A stretch of 60,233 nt of DNA, counting the filler, from Sanchytrium tribonematis (Eukaryota): the NCBI GenBank assembly GCA_018985235.1. It is 5 parts of 5 records of this genome, joined end to end, with 100 filler letters (N's around TTAATTAATTAA, not from the genome) between each part and the next. Parts side by side here need not be neighbours in the genome. Positions count along the whole stretch, not along the records: positions 36,244 to 48,198 come from JADGIG010000237.1; positions 48,299 to 60,233 come from JADGIG010000238.1; 3 more parts are not named here. One strand, 5' to 3'. Below the pieces are notes generated by a model. It made no database searches. It had not been told where the DNA came from and saw only the letters and a program-made list of their open reading frames with translations. The position numbers and the translations under genes are program-made. This document shows positions 46,269-56,821 of the stretch, piece by piece. Positions within the stretch are counted from its first letter, which is position 1; the number at the start of each line of letters is the position of its first letter.

Positions 46269-46715
46269 ATGACTCCAATTTTAGTAACGGTTACAATTTT
46301 GTTAATATTGGCAGCTGCAATGGTAGTAGGCGCTCTTGTTTACTTATACATAAAAAGAAATAAGTCAATTAAACGAGAGTTCAAAGCTTCAAAGGTTAGT
46401 TCACGTATCAGCCGTTGCAGTGAATGGGAACCTGCCAAGCAAATATATCCCGATCAAGAAGGAAATGATTTAGTCGTTGTCAATCCAGACGACGTATATA
46501 CATCTATGGACGAGGAGTATGAAATACCACAAACAACTTATTCAAAATTATTTAGTCGAACCACTTTTCAGACTTTTAATATAATGGATTTCAAAAAACA
46601 GTCATTAGCTTCTCTTGTTCGTGGGGCAAATACGGTAAAATACGAAGAGGGCTTGGCCCAGCTTAATAATATGTCGCATATTGATATTGTGTTGCGGCCT
46701 GAGCTTATTAAATAA
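46269..46715 (+). CDS. Hypothetical single-pass membrane protein
   Basis: N-terminal TM segment followed by KRNK. Confidence 0.6.
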   Translation: MTPILVTVTILLILAAAMVVGALVYLYIKRNKSIKREFKASKVSSRISRCSEWEPAKQIYPDQEGNDLVVVNPDDVYTSMDEEYEIPQTTYSKLFSRTTFQTFNIMDFKKQSLASLVRGANTVKYEEGLAQLNNMSHIDIVLRPELIK

Positions 46716-46782
46716 AATGTCTGCTTTAATTTGCCATCAAATCCACAAATTTTTGCGCAAGTTCTGGATAAAAATAAAAATT

Positions 46783-48198
46783 ATGTCATAAGTTGATCTT
46801 TTTAGGAGTTTGAAACAAATTTTGATGTTGCAACCTTCCAAGACTTTTGACATCGAAGAGCTACTTCCTTTTTCAACCAAAGTTGGCGATAGATCAGAAA
46901 GGGATGTATTTATCGAAATGTTTTATAATAAAATGAAAGAATCCGCAAATGAAGGCATAGATCAATTTTACAAGGATTTTAAAGCAAACACTGCAGTTTT
47001 GCTAAATTTTTTTGATTTGAACTATTATCTGGAAGAACAAGATACAGTTAAAATTATAAAATTTTACTATGCAATTCTCTGCAAAATTATTGAATTTCCA
47101 AACCCTAATGTTTTTGGACAATGCTGCTCTGCACTTGTTAAGCTTTTAAGATACAATTATGATTTTGAATTCAAAGAACTTGAGCTTGAATTTCAACCAC
47201 TTTTTGATTTGACTGAATTTGTTATGTTTCCTAAAATAACTGACCCAACCTTCTTTTGCAGCCAAATGAGTAGGAATGATTTCTGTACAGTTATACAGAG
47301 ATGTAAGGGTTACTTCAAAAATAGGGCCCACATATATCTCTTTTTTAAAGAAAAAATGAATCCCATAGATGTGACAAAATATACAAAATATTTTACATTA
47401 TGTCTGTATTTCATGCCACACTCAACGCATTTTAACGATAGCTTTGAGTTTTTTCCAAAGGATCTTTACTACGTTGAAGAATTATGGAATCATTTTGATA
47501 GAGAATTTATAAACTGTGATACTATGGAAAATATTCTAATTAATTTATTGGCCGATGTGGCCATATTTAATGTCGGCAAAATAAAATTAAGTGAAAAGCA
47601 AATCTCTTGGCTTTTTAAGAGAATGTTAAAAAATCTAATGGTTGTGGTTGGAAACACAGGAAATGGACTGAGATTGAAGTCTGCTGATTTCCCGAAAGAT
47701 AGAACCACTGCTTATACCAAGTTGACACATATACTGTCTGGATTTTTCGATAATTGTTCAGCCATCTTGATTTATGGTAAAGCTGACTATTTGGGTGAAA
47801 TGCGAAAGTTTTTAAGAGTGGTGTCGAATTATTTACACCCAACAACCATGGGTTACTGGACTATCAGACTAGCCCAATTTTTGGATTGCTCATTGAGGCA
47901 TTTAAAAGACAGAATTGCTTTGCATAAATATCTGAAAATGCCTCCGTTGGATGAAAAATTTATTTTGGAGATTGCCGAACTCACTATTGAACCTCTTATT
48001 CTAATGTGCCATTCTAGACAACAGTCTGTTGTCATGATAAGTCAAAAGGCTATAAAGTCTGCATTGCTTTTAAACCCCTCATTATTTGAGAAAGTCATAG
48101 ATGCTACAAGTCAGTGTTTCACTGATCTTCTTTATATGGATAGACTGCAGACTGGAATAGTTTTAGCAAATAGCATGGTGGATTTAATGTGTGATCCA
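46783..48198 (+). CDS. BLM10: 3'-partial proteasome activator Blm10/PA200; probable intron 46785-46805
   Basis: LLPF; SNYLHPTTMGYWTIRLAQFL resembles the Blm10 FHPSNxGxW motif; runs into the gap. Confidence 0.72.
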
Positions 48199-48298
48199 NN
48201 NNNNNNNNNNNNNNNNNNNNNNNNNNNNNNNNNNNNNNNNNNTTAATTAATTAANNNNNNNNNNNNNNNNNNNNNNNNNNNNNNNNNNNNNNNNNNNN
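48199..48298. other. Artificial contig linker
   Basis: N run with TTAATTAATTAA. Confidence 0.97.
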
Positions 48299-48690
48299 CA
48301 CTTATTTTGTACATTTTATTGATTATATTGAGTTTAATCGCATTTAAATGTGTATTGTATTATTATATCCACTCCATTCACGCTCAAAATGACATGGAAT
48401 CCTCACAAATCACAAATCATCCAAATATTGAAATTGTAACAGATGCAAATGGATTTATAGTGCGTATTCATATCAATCCAGTAGACAGTATTGAGAAACC
48501 ACCCTTGGAAATACCCACCGACTATTATATTGATGATAAAATTGAATGCTGCATTTGTTGCAATCTACAGGATGAAACGGATGCCATTTTAACAAAATGC
48601 AATCACACCTTTCATAAATCATGTTTATTAGAGTGGTATGAGAAGACTGTTGTATTTAGCTGTCCAATTTGTAGACAAGATTGTTTTTAA
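48299..48690 (+). CDS. 5'-partial TM + RING-H2 E3 ligase-like protein
   Basis: CCICC..CNHTFHKSCLLEW..CPICR. Confidence 0.85.
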
Positions 48691-48814
48691 AGTAAATCTT
48701 GAATATTGACTCTCTGCTGATAATCTAGTTGATACTTGTAAATGCGATGTTATTTACGTGTCATTTGACAATTTGAAATTGTGATAACTTTAAATTCAAA
48801 TCTCATATATTTAT

Positions 48815-50428
48815 TTAAATGGGTCGACCTTCTACAGGTTTTGTGTTTACGGGTTCCACTTTTGGTTTGCCGGTATACCCACCATCAATTGGAATATCTG
48901 GAATTTTATACGTTGGTGGAATTTCTGAGCCAGGACTTAAGTCGATTGGAATGTCCACTGGTACATTTGTACTTGGAAAATCAAGAGTTGGAATATTGAA
49001 ATCTCCCATTCCACCTTTTCCGCCTTTGCCATCATTCCCACCTTTACCATCACTTCCACCATTCCCGTCAATGCCGCCTTGACCATCGTTTCCTACTTTT
49101 CCGTCATTTCCGCCTTTTGTACCACCACCGTTTTCGTCACCTCCTTCTAGGTCACTTAGATCTCCATCACTCAAATTTCCGTCGCTACCATCTCCAATGC
49201 CACCTCCACCTTGTTTTGGTGTTGGATCAATGCCGCCTTTTCTGGTTCCCCAATCCCATCTTTTTTTTGGATCTTTAGGTGCAGGGTCTGCTGATGTTCC
49301 TGGTATATCTGGAAGTTCACCATCAATTGCAATGATTTCATCCCTATAATGTTGCAAATTCTCAGGTGTATTGATTTTCTCTGCAACAGTCGAAGTATCT
49401 GTCAATTCTGCGGTTGAGATTTCAAATTTTTGCATGGCTAGAAGTACTGATGGATGCAACTTTTCTAGATGGAAATTTCTGACATGTTTTGGCAATTTTT
49501 TGAGCAATGGTATGAGATCTAGGGAAACAACGATGGGCAGGTATTCTGGATTCTTGACAGTGGTTTCTAGTCTCTTTTGATCAAATAAATCTGCAGCTCT
49601 TTGGGTAATTTCTTGAGATCCCATCAAAGTATTCATCCATTCCAAAGTAATTTGAGATCTGTAATAAGAATAAGGGCTGGCCTTTGTTCGACGTTGTCCT
49701 CCTACATCCCCATGGCTACCAAGAAATGACAATTCAATTCTATTTCCTCTATTAGAGGGATTATCTATCGACAATTCATTGAATAAAAATCTGTGTTCAT
49801 TTAAAGCAACTGCGTGATACACTTGTTTAATCTTTGGATTTGTGGTTGCCATACTATACTGTGATACTCTACTTAATGTCACTCGATTTAAACTTGGCAC
49901 CGTATCATAAATGCCCAAAATATCAATGTCAGGTCGAATATCTCCATGAATGCTTTCATGAGATGGATCCAAAATGGATGCTTTGATATTCGTTTTTAGA
50001 TTTGCTTCTGTTATTCCGTAGTCACACACGTAGTTTGCAAGCATTCTTGCCGTTGCAGCACCTCGAGAGTATCCAAATACATTTAAATGGAATTCAACTG
50101 CAGACACCATATGCTCATTTCTCACTAAGAATTCGTATCCGACACGCACATTTGAATCCATTCCATATCCACCAATTTTTTTAGATGATTGGAACCCGCC
50201 TTTGTTGGTTCCAATGCCAGAAATGTAAATGGCAAGATCATTTGTTTTGGAATTGTATTTTTGAAGCGTAGTCACTTGCTGGTTATTGTATTTCGATACA
50301 TAATGGGATTGCACACCTATAAATGCGTCAAATTGTTTCCAGATATTCGTAGTAAAAGATGGGTCATTTGCAGTTCCATCAAAAAAGACATTCAAGCTTG
50401 TAGACCAAACAATATACTGTAGCAACAT
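48815..50428 (-). CDS. Secreted DUF2235/Tle1-like alpha/beta hydrolase with Gly/Pro tail (copy a)
   Basis: VFFDGTAN, YISGIGT, GYSRGAATAR, GIYDTV, HAVALNEHR, FLGSHGDVGG. Confidence 0.88.
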   Translation of the reverse strand: MLLQYIVWSTSLNVFFDGTANDPSFTTNIWKQFDAFIGVQSHYVSKYNNQQVTTLQKYNSKTNDLAIYISGIGTNKGGFQSSKKIGGYGMDSNVRVGYEFLVRNEHMVSAVEFHLNVFGYSRGAATARMLANYVCDYGITEANLKTNIKASILDPSHESIHGDIRPDIDILGIYDTVPSLNRVTLSRVSQYSMATTNPKIKQVYHAVALNEHRFLFNELSIDNPSNRGNRIELSFLGSHGDVGGQRRTKASPYSYYRSQITLEWMNTLMGSQEITQRAADLFDQKRLETTVKNPEYLPIVVSLDLIPLLKKLPKHVRNFHLEKLHPSVLLAMQKFEISTAELTDTSTVAEKINTPENLQHYRDEIIAIDGELPDIPGTSADPAPKDPKKRWDWGTRKGGIDPTPKQGGGGIGDGSDGNLSDGDLSDLEGGDENGGGTKGGNDGKVGNDGQGGIDGNGGSDGKGGNDGKGGKGGMGDFNIPTLDFPSTNVPVDIPIDLSPGSEIPPTYKIPDIPIDGGYTGKPKVEPVNTKPVEGRPI

Positions 50429-50826
50429 GATAATGCAATACTGACACACTGGGCAAGATTGCAAAGATAATGCACAGCGTATTAATGACGCCATTCTGTG
50501 ATTGGTTCCCGAATATTTGACATTTGCAACTTATTAAAAAAGCCTGTGTGTTCAATCATCTTTAATAACAGAATTTAACAATATTCTGGGGTCAAATGAC
50601 TTCCCATTTGACTCTATTCTAAAGTTGTCAATTACGATTCAATATATAACTCTTTAAAGAAAATTTAGTGACGGATGCATAAAAATTTGATTGGTAATGT
50701 TAATATTGATAATTTGTTAAAACTTCTCGCAATTTAAAAACTATATTAATAGTATTAACAAGAGGATTAACAATCGCAGAGTTCTTGTTAATACTATTAA
50801 TATAAATTCAAATCTCATATATTTAT

Positions 50827-52347
50827 TTAAACGACTTTAGGTTTGGGTTTCACGGGTTCCACGGGATCCACTTTTGGTTTGCCGGTATACCCACCATCAA
50901 TTGGAAAATCTGGAACTTCATAAGTTGGTGGTGTTCCGGTCCCAGGATTCAAGTCGATTGGAATGTCCACTGGTACATTTGTACTTGGAAAATTGACAGT
51001 TGGAATATTGAAATCTCCCATTCCTCCTTTTCCGCCTTTGCCATCATTCCCACCTTTACCATCACTTCCAGCATTCCCGTCAATGCTGCCTTGCCCATCA
51101 TTCCCAACTTTTCCATCATTTCCACCTTTTGTACCACCACCGTTTTCGCCACCTCCTTCTAGACCACTTAGATCTCCATTTCCAACTTTATTTTTTCCGG
51201 GAAATTTATCCCATAAAGAAGGTTTCTTTGGTTTGGCGGGAGTTTCTCCTGCTATTTTGACAATGTCATTTGTAAATGTTTCAACATTTGTAGGCGTATT
51301 CAAATTGTGTTTAATAAACTCAGTATACGCCAAGTTATCTGCACCAATTTCAAACTTGGCCATAGCTTGGTGGACAGATACATGCAGTCGATTAGGATCA
51401 TAGGTTCGAGTTGTTTTTCCGGATAATTTGTAAACCGCTTTGGACACATACGAATCCTGAATGGGCATAAATTCAGACTTCGGTATCTCAGTTTGAAGCT
51501 TATTTTGATCAAATAGGTCAGAAAATCCTATATCTCTCTTTGCAATCCAAGAATTTAATTCTTGTAATGCTATTTCAGACCTAAAATAACTAAATGGATT
51601 CTTAAGCTTCCTACCTTGTCCTCCTATATCTGCGTGAGAGCCTATGTAGTATTCCTCTGTTCTACTATCATCAGTGATGTCGATTGGCAGCTCTTCAAAA
51701 CCTTTTCTATTTTCATTCAACGCAATTGCGTGATAAACATTCAAAATATCTGGATTGGTGGTATCCATGCTGTATTTAGCAACTGGTGATGTCGGTATGA
51801 CATTAGTTAAGCTTGGAACTGTGTCATAGAGGCCCAAAATATTGATTTTAGGTCGAATATCTCCTTGAATACTTCTATAAGATCGATTCAAAATGGATGC
51901 CTTGATATTCGTTTTTAGATTTGCTTCTGTTAATCCGTAATCACACACGTAGTTTGCAAACATTCTTGCCGTTGCGGCACCTCGAGAAAACCCAAACACA
52001 TTTAAATGAAAATCAGCTTCAGACACCATATGCTTATTTCTCACTAAGAATTCGTATCCGACACGCACATTTGAGTCCATTCCATATCCACCAATTACTT
52101 TTAACGTGGTCACACCTACCTTGTTTGTTCCAATGCCAGAAATGTAAATGGCACGATCACCTGTTTCAAGATTGACTTTTTCCAAAGTAATAACATCTTG
52201 ACCATTGTATTTGGACGGATAGACTGTTTGCTCGCCATGGAATGCGTCAAATTGCTTCCAGATATTTGTAGTTGAAGTTGGCTTATTTGAAGTTCCATCA
52301 AAGAAGACATTCAAGCTGGCTGTCCATACAATGAGCTGTAACAACAT
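50827..52347 (-). CDS. Secreted DUF2235/Tle1-like alpha/beta hydrolase with Gly/Pro tail (copy b)
   Basis: VFFDGTSN, GFSRGAATAR, GLYDTV, HAIALNENR, GSHADIGG; tandem paralog of copy a. Confidence 0.88.
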   Translation of the reverse strand: MLLQLIVWTASLNVFFDGTSNKPTSTTNIWKQFDAFHGEQTVYPSKYNGQDVITLEKVNLETGDRAIYISGIGTNKVGVTTLKVIGGYGMDSNVRVGYEFLVRNKHMVSEADFHLNVFGFSRGAATARMFANYVCDYGLTEANLKTNIKASILNRSYRSIQGDIRPKINILGLYDTVPSLTNVIPTSPVAKYSMDTTNPDILNVYHAIALNENRKGFEELPIDITDDSRTEEYYIGSHADIGGQGRKLKNPFSYFRSEIALQELNSWIAKRDIGFSDLFDQNKLQTEIPKSEFMPIQDSYVSKAVYKLSGKTTRTYDPNRLHVSVHQAMAKFEIGADNLAYTEFIKHNLNTPTNVETFTNDIVKIAGETPAKPKKPSLWDKFPGKNKVGNGDLSGLEGGGENGGGTKGGNDGKVGNDGQGSIDGNAGSDGKGGNDGKGGKGGMGDFNIPTVNFPSTNVPVDIPIDLNPGTGTPPTYEVPDFPIDGGYTGKPKVDPVEPVKPKPKVV

Positions 52348-52901
52348 GTACAAAAATGGAATTGGGTCTGCTTATGAACACAAGAACTGCAAAACATTTA
52401 TATTACTGGACCCCCTTGATTGGTTCCATCATAGATTTATAAGCTGTGTGAAATTAGAACAGTCTTTGCGTTAAATGAAGTGATTGAAAAGAGTTTAACA
52501 ATTTTCGGGGTCATTCCCTTTCCCATTTGATGATTTTTTGACCCGGCAAATTCTCAATTTCAGACAAATTAAAATAAACTGATTTTTTGCATGGAATTTA
52601 GTAAAGCACAATTCTACAATTTTCAACTTGTCATTTCGAAGTACTTTCATCACATTTTGCATATCATTACAAAATTAAAGTATTTTACCAATCCTTTCCC
52701 TCAAATAATTTAACTTGGTTTATTAGAATGGTCGTTCTAAATTTAATTTAAAGTCAAATGAATATCTAATATTGATGCTTTACTTAATATTACAATAAAT
52801 CTAATATGTAATATTTAATGCAAACAATTCTATTCTTTGGAGATAGAGAATCTCTGTCTCAGAATATTCTACTCAAAATCAAATCCAATGAATTCATTTA
52901 T

Positions 52902-54317
52902 TTACTCTCTTTTAGGTGGTCTCGGTGGCTGTATATACGGTACTTGATAATAGGAATAATATGGACCATATTGTGGTGATGTATTATAACTAGAATACTG
53001 TAAATTGGGAGATGTTTGAGGAGGGGTATTTTGTAAATATGGCTGTGCATATTGATTTGATGGCACTGGTGGGGCCAATTGACCCATTTGTGGGTTTAAT
53101 GAATTCATTTGTGGATTATTAGGTGGTGGATGGTTCATTTGAGTCGTCATGGGTTGATTTGTTTCAATAATGGGCAATGCGACACTTTTAGTCCAATCAA
53201 ATGGCCAATCTCTACCATATCCCCCATCTAATGGGTCTAAATACTGTATATCGACTCCCAATTGCATGGATAATTGGTAAAATGTGTCCATAATATACTG
53301 ATAATCTGGTATTTCATTCATTTCTAATCCTCTGATATATCTAATAATCCGATGCATTTCTAAAGGCATTAAGAAGCATAAATCATCAATAGGGATATTC
53401 TCTTTTAAATACAAAACTTGCTTTTTATGTTTACCGTGTAAATGGGTGGGAATACGGGGTAATTTCTTAAACCACGCATATACATCAAATTGAGTTGCTG
53501 GTTGATTTTGAGGCAATATCATTTTTAATTTACGACTGCGTTGATTGACTGGCAATTCTAATACTTGCGCATATTGTTTCTGCCATGGTAAGAAGCCACG
53601 CGCAAAATAAATTAAAACATAAACCATGGATTCTAAATCATCCCTATAACTTTGATAATAGCCTTTGTGGGCATATCTAGACATATATCTTAATGTCCCA
53701 ATGCATTTACCACATCGCACATCTGGTTGTTGCATGTAAATATACGATAATCCAAAATCAATTAAATAGAGTAAATTGCCATTTCTGAGGATATTATCTG
53801 GTTTCATGTCCCTATGAATGATCCCATGAGAATGGCATTGCCATAATCTTTTAGTCATTTGGTATCCAATTAATGAAATGCATAAATGAGACAACGGGAG
53901 TGTCACATCTTGCAGAGATTTACCCAACATTTGCATAATTGCGAATTTATAAATGCCATTTGACATTTTGAGAATATTGGGATTGACTATTTCTATTTGT
54001 GATGGGTATTGGTAATGTAATAACCGGATAGACTGATTAATAATCTCTAATTCACCATGGCAGAGTAATTGGGGAAATCCTGGTTCATTTTGGAGTTGAT
54101 CCATTAATTGATATTCATCTTCAATGACTGTATTAGTAGTGAGTGGGACTGTAGATGATAATATTGGGGAATGGATTTGTGGGATAATATTAGGGACTTG
54201 TAGTAATGGATTTTGATTCTTTTCTATTTTGAGTGCATAAATGTATTGGTTGTATTGGATTTGATAAACAGATCCAAATGAACCTTGACCAATGGATGAT
54301 TTGATGATGAATTTCAT
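52902..54317 (-). CDS. Casein kinase 1-like kinase with Pro/Gln/Tyr tail
   Basis: IGQGSFG, ALKIE, LGKSL, IHRDMKPDN, LIDFGL, GTLRYMSRYAH, SYRDDLES, PDYQY, FDW. Confidence 0.9.
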   Translation of the reverse strand: MKFIIKSSIGQGSFGSVYQIQYNQYIYALKIEKNQNPLLQVPNIIPQIHSPILSSTVPLTTNTVIEDEYQLMDQLQNEPGFPQLLCHGELEIINQSIRLLHYQYPSQIEIVNPNILKMSNGIYKFAIMQMLGKSLQDVTLPLSHLCISLIGYQMTKRLWQCHSHGIIHRDMKPDNILRNGNLLYLIDFGLSYIYMQQPDVRCGKCIGTLRYMSRYAHKGYYQSYRDDLESMVYVLIYFARGFLPWQKQYAQVLELPVNQRSRKLKMILPQNQPATQFDVYAWFKKLPRIPTHLHGKHKKQVLYLKENIPIDDLCFLMPLEMHRIIRYIRGLEMNEIPDYQYIMDTFYQLSMQLGVDIQYLDPLDGGYGRDWPFDWTKSVALPIIETNQPMTTQMNHPPPNNPQMNSLNPQMGQLAPPVPSNQYAQPYLQNTPPQTSPNLQYSSYNTSPQYGPYYSYYQVPYIQPPRPPKRE

Positions 54318-54628
54318 TTCTAATTTTGGAATTACCCCTTGTGTTTCAATAAACAACGTGATGACAGCGTGCTCTTGAAATAGATTTGAAAATTGTTTGT
54401 ATTCTATCAAGATGCTCTATTTTATCAATTCAATGAGTCAAATCTCTCATTATCTCCCAATTCCATTTCTCAAACAAACTGATCTTTGATTCTGCATCTA
54501 AAACGGCAATTACCCCCATCCAATTTCCATATTCCAATCAACCCATTCAAAATTGTCTAAATATCTATCAGTCATCAGATGATCTTGTCAAATGGACTAT
54601 TTAAACAATCCCTCACCAACAATTCAAA

Positions 54629-55171
54629 ATGGGATTAAAAATTGCTCTAGTACGCGCAACTGATTTAACAACCAATGACAAAATGGGAAATGGTAACCCA
54701 TACTTCAAATTCGAATATGGTGGACATGACTGGTCATCTGATGAGAAAAAAGGCAATAATCCAACATGGAACAATGAGCATCATGAATTCCACATGGCTG
54801 GAAATCACTCAGAATTGTATGTCTTGCATAAAGATAAAGATTGGGGTGCTGATAATTGCATTTCATGTTGTGCCATCAATTTAAATGACTTGCAAACTGT
54901 TACAAATGGATGGTTTACGCTTTATGATGCCAATGAGCAACCAGCTGGTAAAGTATTGTTGAATATTGGTAAAGATGGACATTTAGATGGATTACCAAAT
55001 GAGCAACAATGTAATTCATTCTTGAATGAGCATTTGAAAAAGGAAGTCAAGAAAATGAATATGAAAGCAAATGTGCAAGATTATGGTGCTGCTGCTGGTA
55101 TGTTGGGAGGTGCTGCTTATTTAGCAAAGAAAGAATGGGATAAGAGACATGAAAATCAAACTAGTCAATAA
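54629..55171 (+). CDS. C2-domain protein
   Basis: VRATDL..D..G.GNPY, NPTWNNE, DKDWGADN, WFTL..GKVLL. Confidence 0.85.
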   Translation: MGLKIALVRATDLTTNDKMGNGNPYFKFEYGGHDWSSDEKKGNNPTWNNEHHEFHMAGNHSELYVLHKDKDWGADNCISCCAINLNDLQTVTNGWFTLYDANEQPAGKVLLNIGKDGHLDGLPNEQQCNSFLNEHLKKEVKKMNMKANVQDYGAAAGMLGGAAYLAKKEWDKRHENQTSQ

Positions 55172-56015
55172 ATTTATTGGGTTTTACAACCAGTACATAA
55201 TCTGGATTACTATCCACTTGGTTCAGTATTTCACATCTCAAGGACTTATTTGTAGACTCATCTGTATAATCTTTAATAAAATATGATGCACTCCAAGAGC
55301 CCGGAAAATGAAATAGAATTTGAAGTCTATTAGAATAATTTTCTATCGAGTAATCCAATTTATAATCGAAATGAAAGTGAGAGGTATCATTCATTTTCGT
55401 AAATTGCAATCCAGTATTTTGATACTCAACACTAAGCCGATTTTGATCATCTATGTTGAATTTGTTTGTAGATTGATATTCTAATCTTTTTTCTGGTAAA
55501 TTTATTTCATTATCAAGGTATTTCACGCTGCATATTAAATCAATAACAGGTGGTTTCTTGATACAAACATATGGATCGCGTATTGAAATGGCTAATCTGA
55601 CTTGATCGTGTGTTTTAACGAAATAGCCACTATTGCTTTGGGCAAATGCAACTGGATGTTGATGCAACTGGTAGTATAATCTAGACATGACATGACTCAA
55701 GTAAGGATTCCATTCGCAATTTTGATACCACTCAACTTCTCGTGTTGGTTGTAATGTACATTCCTTTGAGCAATAAATTGTTTGGAAGAAACGAGGATCC
55801 TTACTCTGCCTTATTCTATCCACTTTTTGTCCAACAGCTGCACGGGTGAATGCAGTGGCATCTTTTGGTGAGATGTTGAAGATAGATGCGATTTTAGAGG
55901 CATAATCATTGTGAGATGTGGGAAGGGTATTTGGAAGATTAAATGTAGCTTGACTATGAATTAATTGTTCTTCTGTGATTTGAATTGCTGCAAATGCAAT
56001 TAATTGCAGAATCAT
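55161..56015 (-). CDS. Hypothetical secreted protein; overlaps the 3' end of the convergent C2 gene by 11 nt
   Basis: MILQLIAFA start; 284-aa ORF. Confidence 0.6.
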   Translation of the reverse strand: MILQLIAFAAIQITEEQLIHSQATFNLPNTLPTSHNDYASKIASIFNISPKDATAFTRAAVGQKVDRIRQSKDPRFFQTIYCSKECTLQPTREVEWYQNCEWNPYLSHVMSRLYYQLHQHPVAFAQSNSGYFVKTHDQVRLAISIRDPYVCIKKPPVIDLICSVKYLDNEINLPEKRLEYQSTNKFNIDDQNRLSVEYQNTGLQFTKMNDTSHFHFDYKLDYSIENYSNRLQILFHFPGSWSASYFIKDYTDESTNKSLRCEILNQVDSNPDYVLVVKPNKFID

Positions 56016-56161
56016 CAAGGGGAGAATAAAAGTGTCACAGTATCACTAGAGTGGCACAGGATCAAAGAATGACGACATGATTTTGATCTCAGATGCATCA
56101 CAACCTCGAGAATAATCAATTCACCTTTAAAATCAATAAAAAATTCAAGCCACATTCAAAA

Positions 56162-56807
56162 ATGTCTGATGTCACGACTTCTAAAAAATTAGATATTGAA
56201 TCTCCTAAACAAACACGTCCATTTTTAATGGAATCTGAGACCATTATATGCATGTCATACTGTATGGAACAAGTGAGAGTGAATGTGACGACGGGAGATA
56301 AGATTATTACACCAAATACTTCTCAAATTCGAAGTATTAATAAATCTGCCAGTGGACATACTATTCAGACTGAATTAAAAGAAGTGGATCGATGGATAGC
56401 ATTAACAGATAAGGGTAGATTCTTAGTTTTTGGTAGAAAGACGGGTTCGATGAGCGAAGCAGAAAAAATTCAACTTCAAAAAGAACGTGATGAAGCAGCC
56501 AATAAAAAGAAAAATAGGTTTAAATCTGCAATGGATGAATTAAGAAATAAACAAGTAGATGTTGCACCTGTCGTTCATGCAAAGAATGAAACTGTAAAAA
56601 CAATTGATCAACATGTAAATTTGTTTCATGTAGAAAATGGATTTACCAGAATTAGAAATGATTACCGCTATTATGGCAGATCGACACATCGAAATATCTG
56701 ATATTAATGACATGCTTCAAGTTGCACGTAAAGAAGAAAAGTACAGATTTAAATACGTGGATGTGGACGATTGGACAAATAGAATCGAAATGAGTGCATT
56801 TTTGTAA
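56162..56807 (+). CDS. Hypothetical PH-like protein; intron 56615-56633
   Basis: RWIALTDKGRFLVF. Splicing extends the frame to YRFKYVDVDDWTNRIEMSAFL*, followed by TAAA. Confidence 0.65.
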
Positions 56808-56821
56808 TAAATCAATGTTTA

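Noticed and set aside
36244..48198. Impression that contig 4 has different codon usage (second organism)
   Set aside because: Not quantified, and it shares the 19-nt introns and AATAAA-stop pattern with the other contigs.
48819..51403. Antisense Pro-rich ORFs over the lipase tails and other short shadow ORFs
   Set aside because: Mirror frames of Gly-rich or conserved sense genes.
52840..52860. Hairpin GAGATAGAGA-A-TCTCTGTCTC
   Set aside because: A single short intergenic inverted repeat with no second copy or family evidence.
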